A stretch of 64,000 nt of DNA from Candidatus Omnitrophota bacterium. GTDB taxonomy: Bacteria > Omnitrophota > 4484-213. A program made the position numbers and the translations under genes. Numbering within the stretch: the stretch's first letter is position 1; each line of letters begins with the position of its first letter. Positions 10,147 to 19,377 of this stretch are shown here, in pieces. Below the pieces are notes generated by a model. That model saw only the letters and a program-made list of their open reading frames with translations. It searched no databases and was not told where the DNA came from. The DNA lies in the NCBI GenBank assembly GCA_003645805.1, contig QNCL01000001.1, forward strand, positions 1,582 to 65,581, in the 5' to 3' direction.

Positions 10147-11079
10147 ATGAAACTTGCTCAGATTGGGGAAATAGAGGTAATTAGGAGACTTACTCAGCAT
10201 CTTAAAGGAAATGGAGAAGTCATCCGAGGAGTGGGAGATGATGCTGCTGTTCTTGCTTATTCAGCCAGGGAGTATCTTTTGTTTAGCACAGATATGCTTA
10301 TAGGGGGCGTGCATTTTCCTTCCCTTGCAGACTTGAGAGCAAAAAGAGAGCAGAGGAGTGCCTTCTACAATGTGGGATGGAAGGCGTTAGCCTGTAGTAT
10401 TAGCGATATCATCGCTATGGGGGGAATCCCTCAGCATTGTCTTATCTCTTTAGGATTAAGGGCAGATATGGACTATTCTCTCCTCAAACAGTTATATACA
10501 GGAATAGAAGAGATTGCTTCTCACTATAGGATAAACATTGTGGGAGGGGATGTGGTGGAGAGCGAAGAGATGGTAGTAAATATTGCTTTGCTGGGAAGGG
10601 TAAAAAAGGAGAATCTTGTTCTTCGCTCAGGAGCAAAAGTAGGAGATAGGATTCTACTCAGCGGAGAGTTGCGGAGGAAGGAAAAACACAGGGAACTTCC
10701 TCCGTTAGATAAAGTCCAGACTTTAATCAAGAGGTTTAATATCCATTCTATGATCGATATCTCCGATGGCTTAATCTTAGACCTATCTCGGATTATAAAA
10801 GAAAGCAAGAAGGGAGCAAAGATTTATTTAGAAAAGATTCCCATATCTCCTTCCAGAAATAGAAGAAAGGATCTGCTTAGAGAAGCACTCTATGGAGGTG
10901 AAGAGTTTGAATTGCTGTTCACCACCGATAAGGACTCGGCAGAGAGGATAGTTCAGGAGAGTCTGGGATACATTATTGGAGAGATTAACGGAAAGAAAGG
11001 AGTGATAGAATCTTCGCAAGGAAAAAGGATAGAGATAGATGGTTATCAACATTTTAAGGACAATCACCCATTCACCTGA
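10147..11079 (+). CDS. thiL: thiamine-monophosphate kinase
   Basis: GVGDDAAV, TDML..GVHF, SDIIAMGG, GGD, IDISDGL, GGEEFEL. Confidence 0.92.
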   Translation: MKLAQIGEIEVIRRLTQHLKGNGEVIRGVGDDAAVLAYSAREYLLFSTDMLIGGVHFPSLADLRAKREQRSAFYNVGWKALACSISDIIAMGGIPQHCLISLGLRADMDYSLLKQLYTGIEEIASHYRINIVGGDVVESEEMVVNIALLGRVKKENLVLRSGAKVGDRILLSGELRRKEKHRELPPLDKVQTLIKRFNIHSMIDISDGLILDLSRIIKESKKGAKIYLEKIPISPSRNRRKDLLREALYGGEEFELLFTTDKDSAERIVQESLGYIIGEINGKKGVIESSQGKRIEIDGYQHFKDNHPFT

Positions 11080-11482
11080 AGAGACAAAGGGTTTAGGAGA
11101 GAAACTTGCAGAGAGATTGAGAGAAGGAGATATCGTTGCCCTCCTTGGAGAATTGGGTTCAGGAAAGACCACCATAATTCAAGGGATAGTCAAGGGTCTG
11201 GGGGGTCCCGCTCAGTCTGTAAGTAGCCCTTCTTTTGTAATTCTCAAGCAATATAAAGGAAGGTTTCTCATCTATCATTTTGATCTCTACCGTATAAAAG
11301 ACTTTAGCGAACTAATAGAGGTGGGATATCCGGATTTTTTTTACACAAAAGGAGTGGTATTGATTGAGTGGGCAGAGAAGGTAGAGGAGCATCTTAAAGA
11401 ATATATGAAGATAAAAATGGAGTATATAAGCCCGCAGGAGCGCAGGATCGAGGTATCTATGGTGAAGAAGAAAACAGATTGA
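11039..11482 (+). CDS. tsaE: t6A biosynthesis ATPase
   Basis: GELGSGKT, SSPSF, HFDLYR, IEWAE. Confidence 0.95.
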   Translation: MVINILRTITHSPEETKGLGEKLAERLREGDIVALLGELGSGKTTIIQGIVKGLGGPAQSVSSPSFVILKQYKGRFLIYHFDLYRIKDFSELIEVGYPDFFYTKGVVLIEWAEKVEEHLKEYMKIKMEYISPQERRIEVSMVKKKTD

Positions 11483-11563
11483 GGGTAAACCACAAGTAAG
11501 AAGAGCCTTCTTCAATCCTTTGTTAAAACTTCCTTTCAATCTTCTTAGGTATATCAAGACTTT

Positions 11564-12292
11564 ATGTCAAAAAGGTTAAACAAAGAAATAATTCTGCTTG
11601 CTTTCTCTACTTCCAGTAAGAGGTTAAGTGTTGCTTTAACTAAAGGAGAGAAGGTAGTTAAAGAGATAAATCAATCTGCAGGATTGCTTCATTCTCAGAA
11701 GCTCTTACCTGCCATAGCCACTATTCTTTCCTCTCTCTGTTTATCCATAGAAGATATAGAGGCTTTTGCCATAGATATTGGTCCCGGTTCTTTTACAGGT
11801 CTGCGTATTGGGCTGGCAACCTTAAAAGGCTTGGTCTTTGGCAGGAAGAAGAAGGTAATAGCAGTTTCTTCCTTGGAGGTATTAGCCAGGAAAACAGCAG
11901 AACATTTTCTTTCCTTTTCTCTGCCTTCTTGCTCTCTCTTTCCAATTATTGATGCTAAGCAGGAGAAAGTTTATACAGCAATTTATACTGCAAAAAAGAA
12001 GGAAAACAAGATAGTCCTGAAGAGAGAGACAGGGTATCAGGTGCTTAATATAAGGGAGTTATTAAGGAGAATAAAAAAAAGAAAACAGGTTGTGTTTACT
12101 GGAGACGGAATAGAGAGGTATCAAGACATTATTTTATCAGAGAAGAAAGAGATTAGGTTTGCAGAGCACCGTTTCTGGTTTCCTTATGCCTCCGTAATTT
12201 CTGAGATTGCCTTAAAGAAGTTGAAAAGAGGGGAAGTGGAGGATATAGAGCGATTGAGTCCAATGTATCTAATCCCTTCTCCATTTGCATAA
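11564..12292 (+). CDS. tsaB: t6A biosynthesis protein
   Basis: HSQKLLP, GPGSFTGLRIG, IDAK...VY, P.Y C-terminus. Confidence 0.93.
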   Translation: MSKRLNKEIILLAFSTSSKRLSVALTKGEKVVKEINQSAGLLHSQKLLPAIATILSSLCLSIEDIEAFAIDIGPGSFTGLRIGLATLKGLVFGRKKKVIAVSSLEVLARKTAEHFLSFSLPSCSLFPIIDAKQEKVYTAIYTAKKKENKIVLKRETGYQVLNIRELLRRIKKRKQVVFTGDGIERYQDIILSEKKEIRFAEHRFWFPYASVISEIALKKLKRGEVEDIERLSPMYLIPSPFA

Positions 12293-12304
12293 TAACATAA
12301 TAAA

Positions 12305-13465
12305 ATGAATAATAGAAAAGAGCACCATTTTGAACACAAACACAGTTGGGTGGAAATAGATCTCTCGGCCTTAGCCCACAACCTCTTTCAGATAAGAAAA
12401 AGAATAGAGAGGATTACTTTTTCTGAAAAGAGAAAGGTAGGGATATTAGCGGTGGTCAAAGATAATGCTTATGGACATGGATTGGAAGAGGTTGCTCGTT
12501 TGCTCAGCAGGGAAGGGGTTGAGTATCTGGCGGTCTCCAGCATAGAAGAGGGGAAAAAGCTAAGGGACGCAGGAGTAAAGATTCCCATTCTGAACTTAGG
12601 AAGCGTCTATTCGTTAGAGGAGATTGAGGAAGGAGTGAAATATGGAATCACCCAGACAGTTTTTAGTAGAGAGGTGATAGAGTTATTAAACAGAGAAGCA
12701 ATAAAAAAGCAGAAGAAGGTAAAGGTGCATCTTAAGATCGATACAGGAATGGGGAGATTGGGGATTTTGCTTCCCGAAGCAGAGGATTTAGCCGAACAGA
12801 TATCTTCTCTGAGCGCATTGACCTTAGAGGGTGTATTCACTCATCTTCCTCATCCTATAGAGAAAGAGTTTACCCTTGAACAACTCAGGTGCTTCAGGTC
12901 TTTTCTGGAGAGATTAAAAAAGAAAGGGATTTTTCCTGTCTATCAGCATACCGCTAACAGTCTTGCTTTCCTTTCTTTTTCTCAGAGTTGGTTCAATCTT
13001 ATCCGCCCAGGACTAATCCTCTATGGAATCTATCCCCACATCTGTTTAGAGAAAGAGATAGATTTGCAACCTATACTCTCTTGGAAGACCAGAGTTGTGT
13101 ATGTGAAAGATATCCCCAAGGGTTGGAGTGTAGGTTATGAAAGGAGTTATATAGCCAAGAGCAAGGAGAGGATAGCGATATTGTCCGCAGGATATAGTGA
13201 TGGTTATCCCTATGCACTCTCCAACAAAGCGCGGGTGCTGATAAAAGGCAAATTTTTCCCCCTAATAGGAAAGGTTTGTATGGACCAGATTATTGTGCGG
13301 GTAGATGAAAGGGTAAAGGTGAAGGATGAGGTAGTGTTGATAGGAAGACAAGGAGATAAGCGAATAAGCGCAGAAGAGTTAGCCGAAAAAGCAGGTAGTA
13401 TCCCCTATGAGATAGTCTGCAGACTTACCCACCTACCTCATATCTTCAAAGAAGGTAATGATTGA
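12305..13465 (+). CDS. alr: alanine racemase
   Basis: AVVKDNAYGHG (PLP Lys), KIDTGMGRLG, IRPGLILYG, GYSDG, CMDQ, SIPYE. Confidence 0.92.
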   Translation: MNNRKEHHFEHKHSWVEIDLSALAHNLFQIRKRIERITFSEKRKVGILAVVKDNAYGHGLEEVARLLSREGVEYLAVSSIEEGKKLRDAGVKIPILNLGSVYSLEEIEEGVKYGITQTVFSREVIELLNREAIKKQKKVKVHLKIDTGMGRLGILLPEAEDLAEQISSLSALTLEGVFTHLPHPIEKEFTLEQLRCFRSFLERLKKKGIFPVYQHTANSLAFLSFSQSWFNLIRPGLILYGIYPHICLEKEIDLQPILSWKTRVVYVKDIPKGWSVGYERSYIAKSKERIAILSAGYSDGYPYALSNKARVLIKGKFFPLIGKVCMDQIIVRVDERVKVKDEVVLIGRQGDKRISAEELAEKAGSIPYEIVCRLTHLPHIFKEGND

Positions 13466-13490
13466 CAACAGAAAAGAGAGAGAGTAAAAT
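13462..13490 (+). promoter_or_regulatory. sigma70-type promoter upstream of ilvB
   Basis: TTGACA (13462) - 17 bp - TAAAAT (13485). Confidence 0.75.
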
Positions 13491-13532
13491 AGAATAATCT
13501 ATTTAAGGAGAGAAACGCAGATAGGTGTATTA

Positions 13533-15203
13533 ATGAAGAAATTAAAAGGGGCGCAGATCTTGGTAGAGACATTGAAGAGAGAAGGGGTGGAGTACATCTT
13601 TGGACATCCAGGAGGAGCAGTCCTGCCTATCTTTGATGCGCTTTATCAATCTCCTCTGAGATTTATTCTCACCCGCCATGAGCAAGGAGCAGCACATGCC
13701 GCAGATGGATATGCACGCGCTACTGGAAAAGTAGGGGTATGCATTGCTACTTCAGGACCAGGGGCTACAAATCTGGTTACGGGAATTGCCACCGCTAATA
13801 TGGATTCTGTGCCGATGGTCATCTTTACTGGTCAGGTAAAGAGGAAGTTGATAGGAAATGATGCATTTCAGGAAGCGGATGTGACAGGGATTACCCGCCC
13901 CATTACCAAACATAGTTATCTGGTGAAGAAAACAGAGGATTTAGCACGGATAATCAGGGAGGCGTTCTATATTGCCTCCACAGGTAGACCCGGACCAGTG
14001 CTTGTAGATTTACCCGTGGATGTAAGTATGGAAGAGACGGAGTATGTTTACCCCGAGAAGGTTTCTCTGCGTGGTTATAAACCAACCTATTTTGGCCATC
14101 CCGGGCAGATAAAGAAAGCCTGTAGATTAATCAAGGAAGCGAAAAAGCCCATTATCTATGCAGGAGGAGGAGTTATTATCTCCGGGGCTATGGAGGAACT
14201 TAAGAAATTGGTGGAGAAGACATCTATTCCTGTTACTACTACATTATTAGGTTTAGGAAGTTTTCCCGAAACTCATCCTCTTTCTCTGAAGATGTTAGGG
14301 ATGCACGGCACGGTTTATGCAAACTACGCAATAATGAACTCTGACCTGATTATCGCTATTGGTGCTCGCTTTGATGACCGTGTTACCGGGGATGTGGAGA
14401 AATTTGCTCCCCAAGCAAAGATAATTCACATTGATATTGACCCTACAGCAATCAGCAAGAACATTCCTGTAGATGTTCCTATTGTAGGAGATGCAAAGAA
14501 TGTTCTAAAAGAACTGAACAGGATTGTGGAGAAACCAGAGATTGATTCTTGGTTAGAACAGGTAAGGGAATGGAAGAGAAAAAATCCCTTGCGCTATGAA
14601 AAAACAGGAGGCTTGAAGCCTCAGTATATAGTAGAGGAGATATATAACCTGACTAAAGGAGAGGCGATAATTGTCACAGAAGTAGGACAAAATCAGATGT
14701 GGGCAGCACAATTTTATAATTACACCCGAGCCCGCACATTCCTTTCCAGTGGAGGACTGGGAACAATGGGATATGGACTGCCTGCGGCTATTGGAGCGCA
14801 AATTGGCTGTCCGGATAAAATAGTATTTGATATTGCTGGCGATGGCTCTATACAGATGAATATTCAAGAGTTAATCACTGCGGTCTTGAATAAATTGCCC
14901 ATCAAGGTTGTTATCTTAGATAATGGTTATCTGGGAATGGTCAGGCAATGGCAGGAGTTATTCTATCAGCGTAGATACTCCCATACTCGTCTTATCAACC
15001 CAGATTTTGTAAAATTAGCCGAGGCTTATGGAGCAGTAGGACTAAGAGTAGGAAAGAAAGAAGAGGTGGTGCCGGCTTTGGAGAAGGCTTTGGCAGAGAA
15101 GGTGAAGCCAGTAGTGATAGATTTTATGATTGAGCAAGAAGAGAATGTTTTTCCAATGGTGCCTGCAGGGGAGGCTATAGATCGAATGATAGAGATGGCT
15201 TGA
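13533..15203 (+). CDS. ilvB: acetolactate synthase large subunit
   Basis: [49 protein letters not shown]. Confidence 0.97.
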   Translation: MKKLKGAQILVETLKREGVEYIFGHPGGAVLPIFDALYQSPLRFILTRHEQGAAHAADGYARATGKVGVCIATSGPGATNLVTGIATANMDSVPMVIFTGQVKRKLIGNDAFQEADVTGITRPITKHSYLVKKTEDLARIIREAFYIASTGRPGPVLVDLPVDVSMEETEYVYPEKVSLRGYKPTYFGHPGQIKKACRLIKEAKKPIIYAGGGVIISGAMEELKKLVEKTSIPVTTTLLGLGSFPETHPLSLKMLGMHGTVYANYAIMNSDLIIAIGARFDDRVTGDVEKFAPQAKIIHIDIDPTAISKNIPVDVPIVGDAKNVLKELNRIVEKPEIDSWLEQVREWKRKNPLRYEKTGGLKPQYIVEEIYNLTKGEAIIVTEVGQNQMWAAQFYNYTRARTFLSSGGLGTMGYGLPAAIGAQIGCPDKIVFDIAGDGSIQMNIQELITAVLNKLPIKVVILDNGYLGMVRQWQELFYQRRYSHTRLINPDFVKLAEAYGAVGLRVGKKEEVVPALEKALAEKVKPVVIDFMIEQEENVFPMVPAGEAIDRMIEMA

Positions 15204-15227
15204 GATAGAGAGATAAACCGAGACAGA

Positions 15228-15301
15228 GGCGCGATGGCCGAGGAGTTAGGCAGCGGTCTGCAAAACCGCACACATCGGTGCAAATCCGATTCGCGCCTCC
15301 A
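15228..15301 (+). tRNA. tRNA-Cys(GCA)
   Basis: Acceptor GGCGCGA/TCGCGCC, anticodon arm GCGGT-CTGCAAA-ACCGC, U73 discriminator, encoded CCA; atypical T loop TGCAAAT. Confidence 0.9.
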
Positions 15302-15348
15302 AATGTTTCTTTTAATCTCTATAATCTGGAGAGAGAAACAAAAAACTT

Positions 15349-15438
15349 GCCGGGATGGCGGAATTTGGTAGACGCCTGGGACTTAAAATCCCATGTCCTT
15401 TTTAGGACGTGTCGGTTCGAGTCCGACTCCCGGCACCA
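15349..15438 (+). tRNA. tRNA-Leu(TAA)
   Basis: Acceptor GCCGGGA/TCCCGGC, anticodon arm TGGGA-CTTAAAA-TCCCA, long variable arm GTCCT..AGGAC, TTCGAGT loop, CCA. Confidence 0.95.
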
Positions 15439-15472
15439 GCGAGGCATCCAAGGATATTTTTGAATTACAGAA

Positions 15473-16684
15473 ATGAAGATAAAAAATCTTTTCCTTGCCT
15501 GTGTAGGTTATCTTTTTCTTTTTTTTCTGCTTTTTCCTTCGTCTGTATATGCCCAGAAGCATAAACATATCTCTTTGCTCTTCTTTTACTCCTCAGGATG
15601 CGGGCATTGTCTTAAGGTAAAGAATAGATTGCTTCCGGAGATAGAGAGGAAGTATAAGGGATTGGTGGAGGTAGAATATCTGGAGATAGGAAAAAGGGAG
15701 AATTACGAACTTCTGCTTGAGTTAGAGAAGAGGTATAATATAAAGCAAAAAGGAACTCCCACAATATTTGTAGAAGAGTTTGCTTTGGTGGGAGAGAAAG
15801 AGATAAAAAAGAACCTTGAGCAAGTTATTCAAAGGGTGCTCACTGAAAAAAGTGGAGAAGAAGTATTCAGAATTCCGAAGAATTTTTCCAAAAGCAAAGA
15901 GGTTTTATCCGGAGATAAAAAAGAAAAAAGCGATCTTATTGTTGAGCATTTCAAATCCTTCTCGGTATTTACAGTAATTACTGCTGGTTTAATTGATGGG
16001 ATAAATCCGTGTGCATTTACCGTTATTGTTTTCTTTATTTCTTTCCTGACCTTAAGAGGATATAAAAAAAGAGAGGTAAAATGGGTAGGCTTTTCCTTCC
16101 TGATTGCGGTCTTTCTTACCTATTTAGCCTTAGGTTTGGGGATATTTAAGTTCTTCCAGAGACTGCGGATATTTTACTTTCTCTCCCAGATCCTGTATTA
16201 TGCTACTGCAGGATTAGCATTTCTTCTCTCTGGACTGGCAATTTATGATTACCGAGAATATAAAAAGACAGGAAATACGGCTCATCTTAAACTTCAACTT
16301 CCTTTCTTCATAAAGAGTTTGACCCATCAGGTAATCAGAGAAGGAATGAAAAGAAAAACAGAAAAGGTTTTTAAGATAGCCATAGTTAGTTTTATCATTG
16401 GATTTCTGATCTCTCTATTAGAAGCGGTCTGTACCGGGCAGGTTTATCTACCCACTATTGTTCTGGTGAGCAAACTACCCGAGTTGAGAAATAGAGCCTT
16501 TTTCTATTTAGTACTCTATAATCTAATGTTTATCCTTCCTTTGCTGGCTATTTTTCTCTTGGCTTATAAAGGATTTAGTTCGGAGCAATTTGCTCGTTTT
16601 GCCTCTTCGCACCTGGGTAAAGTAAAACTCCTGATGGCTACACTCTTCTTAGTCCTGGGTATAGCCTTACTTATCCTTCACTGA
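15473..16684 (+). CDS. thioredoxin-domain / CcdA(DsbD)-type membrane thiol-disulfide transporter fusion
   Basis: Signal peptide, CGHC + GTP cis-Pro Trx domain, then multi-TM domain with GINPCAF and EAVCTGQVY Cys motifs. Confidence 0.8.
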   Translation: MKIKNLFLACVGYLFLFFLLFPSSVYAQKHKHISLLFFYSSGCGHCLKVKNRLLPEIERKYKGLVEVEYLEIGKRENYELLLELEKRYNIKQKGTPTIFVEEFALVGEKEIKKNLEQVIQRVLTEKSGEEVFRIPKNFSKSKEVLSGDKKEKSDLIVEHFKSFSVFTVITAGLIDGINPCAFTVIVFFISFLTLRGYKKREVKWVGFSFLIAVFLTYLALGLGIFKFFQRLRIFYFLSQILYYATAGLAFLLSGLAIYDYREYKKTGNTAHLKLQLPFFIKSLTHQVIREGMKRKTEKVFKIAIVSFIIGFLISLLEAVCTGQVYLPTIVLVSKLPELRNRAFFYLVLYNLMFILPLLAIFLLAYKGFSSEQFARFASSHLGKVKLLMATLFLVLGIALLILH

Positions 16685-16700
16685 TAAGAAAAAAAGAAAG

Positions 16701-18191
16701 ATGAAAAGAATCCTGTTACTCAGTTCGTTTTTATTTTTTCTTCTTTCTTCTATTGCTTATGCAGAATTTAAACCTGTAGAAATAGATCTGTTTGTGATGA
16801 GTCAATGCCCCTTTGCTGTCCAAGTAGAGAATACCTTTCTTCAGATAAAAGAGCAAATGAAAAAAAACCTAAATATCAATCTTTATTTTATTGCCCAAGA
16901 GCAAGAGGGGAAGTTTAAGAGCCTGCACGGAAAGAAAGAGGTAGAGGAGGATATGCGACAGTTAATCATTCATAAATACTTCCCCAGGAGATTCTTTCGC
17001 TATCTAAGAAGCAGAAACACGGATTATCGAGGGCAAGACTGGCAGAAGCATGCTATCTTTGCTGGACTGAACCCTCAAAAGATAGAATATCTGGTGAAAA
17101 AAGAGGGTAGAGAATTGCTGAGAGAGAATATCAAAAGAGCACAGAAACTGCATATCTTCTCCTCTCCTACCATCTTTATCAATGGAGAAAGATATGAAGG
17201 TTCATATTCGCTTCCCTCTTTGATTATTGCTATTCGTGAAAAACTCTCCGAGCAAGAAAAACGCTCTTTTCCTTGGAAAAACCTTCCTCGTTGTTTTTCC
17301 GATGAGGATTGCCATAAGAAAGGAAAGAGAGGGAGATGTCTATCTGCGGGCACATCAGGAGCGCGTTGCGTATTCAGTCCCCTCTCTCCTGTCACTCTCA
17401 CTATCTTAAGCAATAAAGATTTTGACTCTCGTGTAATAGAGGAGTGGAGGAGAGTAGTTCCTTCCTTGAGAGTCAAAAAACTCTCTTATAACTCCCAGGA
17501 AGGAAAGGAGGTTTTGAAAGAACTTGGCCTTGATGTTTTGCCTGTTTATATCCTGAGCAAGTCTGTGGAAGAGTTAGATAACTTTCAGTTTTATAAAGCC
17601 CGGGGACTGCTTATCCAGAAAGGGGAAAAGTATATTCTCAATCCTCAATCAGTAGAAATAAACTACTATCCTTATCGAAAAAGAAAGAAAAAGAATCTAA
17701 AACTCTTTGTAATGAGCAAATGCCCTTTTGGGATAGAGGCAGAGAACGAGATTCTTCCTTTGGCAAGAAAGAGGAAGGTGGAGGTAGAGATTTATTATAT
17801 TGCTTCTTACAATAAACAAAGGAAGGAGTGGGAAAGTTTGCACGGAACAGCAGAGGCAGAGGAGGATATGAGGCAGTTATGTATAAAGAAGTATTTTCCC
17901 GAGAAATACTTTGACTATATCCTACTTAGAAACAAGAATGTTCATAGTTCCCTCTGGGAGAAGGTTGCGCGGAAGGTGGGAATTGATGATGAAAAGATCA
18001 GAGAATGTCAATATAATCAGGGAGAGGAACTTTTGAGAAAAAATAGCAAGTTCTCTGAAGAGTTAAGAATAAATGCAAGTCCTACTATCCTCTGGGAAAA
18101 CACCAGAAGGTTTAACAACTTGAAAGAGTTTAAGGATAATGTAGAGATGTTTAAGGATATAAGGGTGAAATACCCGGGAAGATGTAGATGA
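16701..18191 (+). CDS. exported multi-thioredoxin-fold protein with two GILT-like domains
   Basis: Signal peptide ending AYA; repeated FVMS(Q/K)CPF...SLHG..E.EEDMRQL...SPTI; Cys-rich linker. Confidence 0.65.
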   Translation: MKRILLLSSFLFFLLSSIAYAEFKPVEIDLFVMSQCPFAVQVENTFLQIKEQMKKNLNINLYFIAQEQEGKFKSLHGKKEVEEDMRQLIIHKYFPRRFFRYLRSRNTDYRGQDWQKHAIFAGLNPQKIEYLVKKEGRELLRENIKRAQKLHIFSSPTIFINGERYEGSYSLPSLIIAIREKLSEQEKRSFPWKNLPRCFSDEDCHKKGKRGRCLSAGTSGARCVFSPLSPVTLTILSNKDFDSRVIEEWRRVVPSLRVKKLSYNSQEGKEVLKELGLDVLPVYILSKSVEELDNFQFYKARGLLIQKGEKYILNPQSVEINYYPYRKRKKKNLKLFVMSKCPFGIEAENEILPLARKRKVEVEIYYIASYNKQRKEWESLHGTAEAEEDMRQLCIKKYFPEKYFDYILLRNKNVHSSLWEKVARKVGIDDEKIRECQYNQGEELLRKNSKFSEELRINASPTILWENTRRFNNLKEFKDNVEMFKDIRVKYPGRCR

Positions 18192-18202
18192 GAGGAGAAA
18201 AG

Positions 18203-18805
18203 ATGCGAATAAGGATTTCAGTTCTCGTGTTATCGTTATCTCTAATCCCTTTTTTTCTTACAAAGATATGCAAAGGAGAGGAGGTAAAAATGGGAGAGAA
18301 GAAGGTATTAATGGTTATTGCCCAGAAAGACTTTCGCGATGAGGAATATAAGTATCCAAGGGAGATTCTGGAGGAAGGAGGAATTAAAGTAGTTGTCGCT
18401 TCTTCTAAGTTAGGAACAGCCTATGGTAGTTATGGGCTCACTGCTAATGTAGATCTTCTTTTGGATGAGGTAAATCCCCAAGAATATGAAGCGATTATCT
18501 TTGTGGGAGGAATGGGCTCAAGCGAGTACTTTGATAATCCAAAGGCTCATTTTCTCGCTCAGGAATTATTCAAGAAGGGGAAATTGGTATGTGCTATCTG
18601 CATTGCTCCTAATACCTTGGCTCAAGCAGGTATCTTAAAAGGGAAAAAAGCAACTGCTTATCCTTCGGTAAAAGAAGAGATGGTAAAACAGGGTGCTATC
18701 TTTACCGGCAAAGATGTGGAAGTAGATGGAAATATTATCACTGCTAACGGACCACACGCAGCAAAGGATTTTGGAAAAATAATCTTGGAGAAACTGCAAA
18801 AGTAG
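18203..18805 (+). CDS. DJ-1/PfpI family protein (possible N-terminal signal peptide; alternative start at 18290)
   Basis: DFRDEE, FVGGMG, AICIAP nucleophile, ITANGP. Confidence 0.9.
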   Translation: MRIRISVLVLSLSLIPFFLTKICKGEEVKMGEKKVLMVIAQKDFRDEEYKYPREILEEGGIKVVVASSKLGTAYGSYGLTANVDLLLDEVNPQEYEAIIFVGGMGSSEYFDNPKAHFLAQELFKKGKLVCAICIAPNTLAQAGILKGKKATAYPSVKEEMVKQGAIFTGKDVEVDGNIITANGPHAAKDFGKIILEKLQK

Positions 18806-18810
18806 AAAAG

Positions 18811-19365
18811 ATGATTCTGCCCAATCAGTTTAGAGCAGGAATGGTAATCAGATACGAGGATCAACTTTACTCTATCTTAGAATTTCAGCACATTAAGCCT
18901 GGAAAGGGAGGAGCGTTTGTGCGCACAAAACTTAAGAATTTGAGCACAGGGGCAATCGTGGAAAAGACATTGCGTCCCGAAGAGAAGGTGGAGGAGATAT
19001 TTGTAGAGGAGAAGAAAATGCGCTATCTCTACTGCGACGGGAGATACCACTTTATAGATGAGCAGACTCTTGAAGAAGTGGAGTTGTCCGGAGAACAATT
19101 AAAAGATATAAAAGACCTGCTTTTGGAGGGTAGTCTTGTATCCATCTCTTTTCATAACAAACAGGTTTTACAGATTCGCCTCCCAAATTTTGTAGAACTT
19201 CAGGTGACAGAAACCGAACCCTCCGCTAAAGGGGATACCGCCCAAAGAAGTTATAAAAAAGCAAAGGTAGAAACAGGAGCGGTAATCCAGGTCCCTCTGT
19301 TTATTAAAAAAGGGGATAAGATAAAGATTGATACTCGAGATAAAACCTATGTTTCTCGTGTATAA
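18811..19365 (+). CDS. efp: elongation factor P
   Basis: HIKPGKGGAFVR, KGDT, ETGA.IQVPLFI, IDTR. Confidence 0.96.
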   Translation: MILPNQFRAGMVIRYEDQLYSILEFQHIKPGKGGAFVRTKLKNLSTGAIVEKTLRPEEKVEEIFVEEKKMRYLYCDGRYHFIDEQTLEEVELSGEQLKDIKDLLLEGSLVSISFHNKQVLQIRLPNFVELQVTETEPSAKGDTAQRSYKKAKVETGAVIQVPLFIKKGDKIKIDTRDKTYVSRV

Positions 19366-19377
19366 GCAGGAGGAAGG

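Noticed and set aside
10143-10149. TATAAT overlapping the ATG of thiL (likewise ruvC at ~43702) as a leaderless promoter
   Set aside because: A -10 box overlapping the start codon would put the transcription start inside the CDS; no matching -35
13465-13532. Leader peptide, T-box or riboswitch upstream of ilvB (also leuA, thiL and the synthetases)
   Set aside because: Leaders are too short and lack the conserved motifs
15304-15340. Hairpin TGTTTCT...AGAAACA between the two tRNAs as a separate ncRNA
   Set aside because: Short and AT-rich; most simply a precursor spacer structure
15278-15568. ORFs 15278-15463 (+) and 15383-15568 (-)
   Set aside because: They overlap the tRNA genes; spurious
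15349-18805. tRNA-Leu as an integration site of a genomic island
   Set aside because: No integrase, no duplicated tRNA 3' end seen downstream, and composition resembles the flanks
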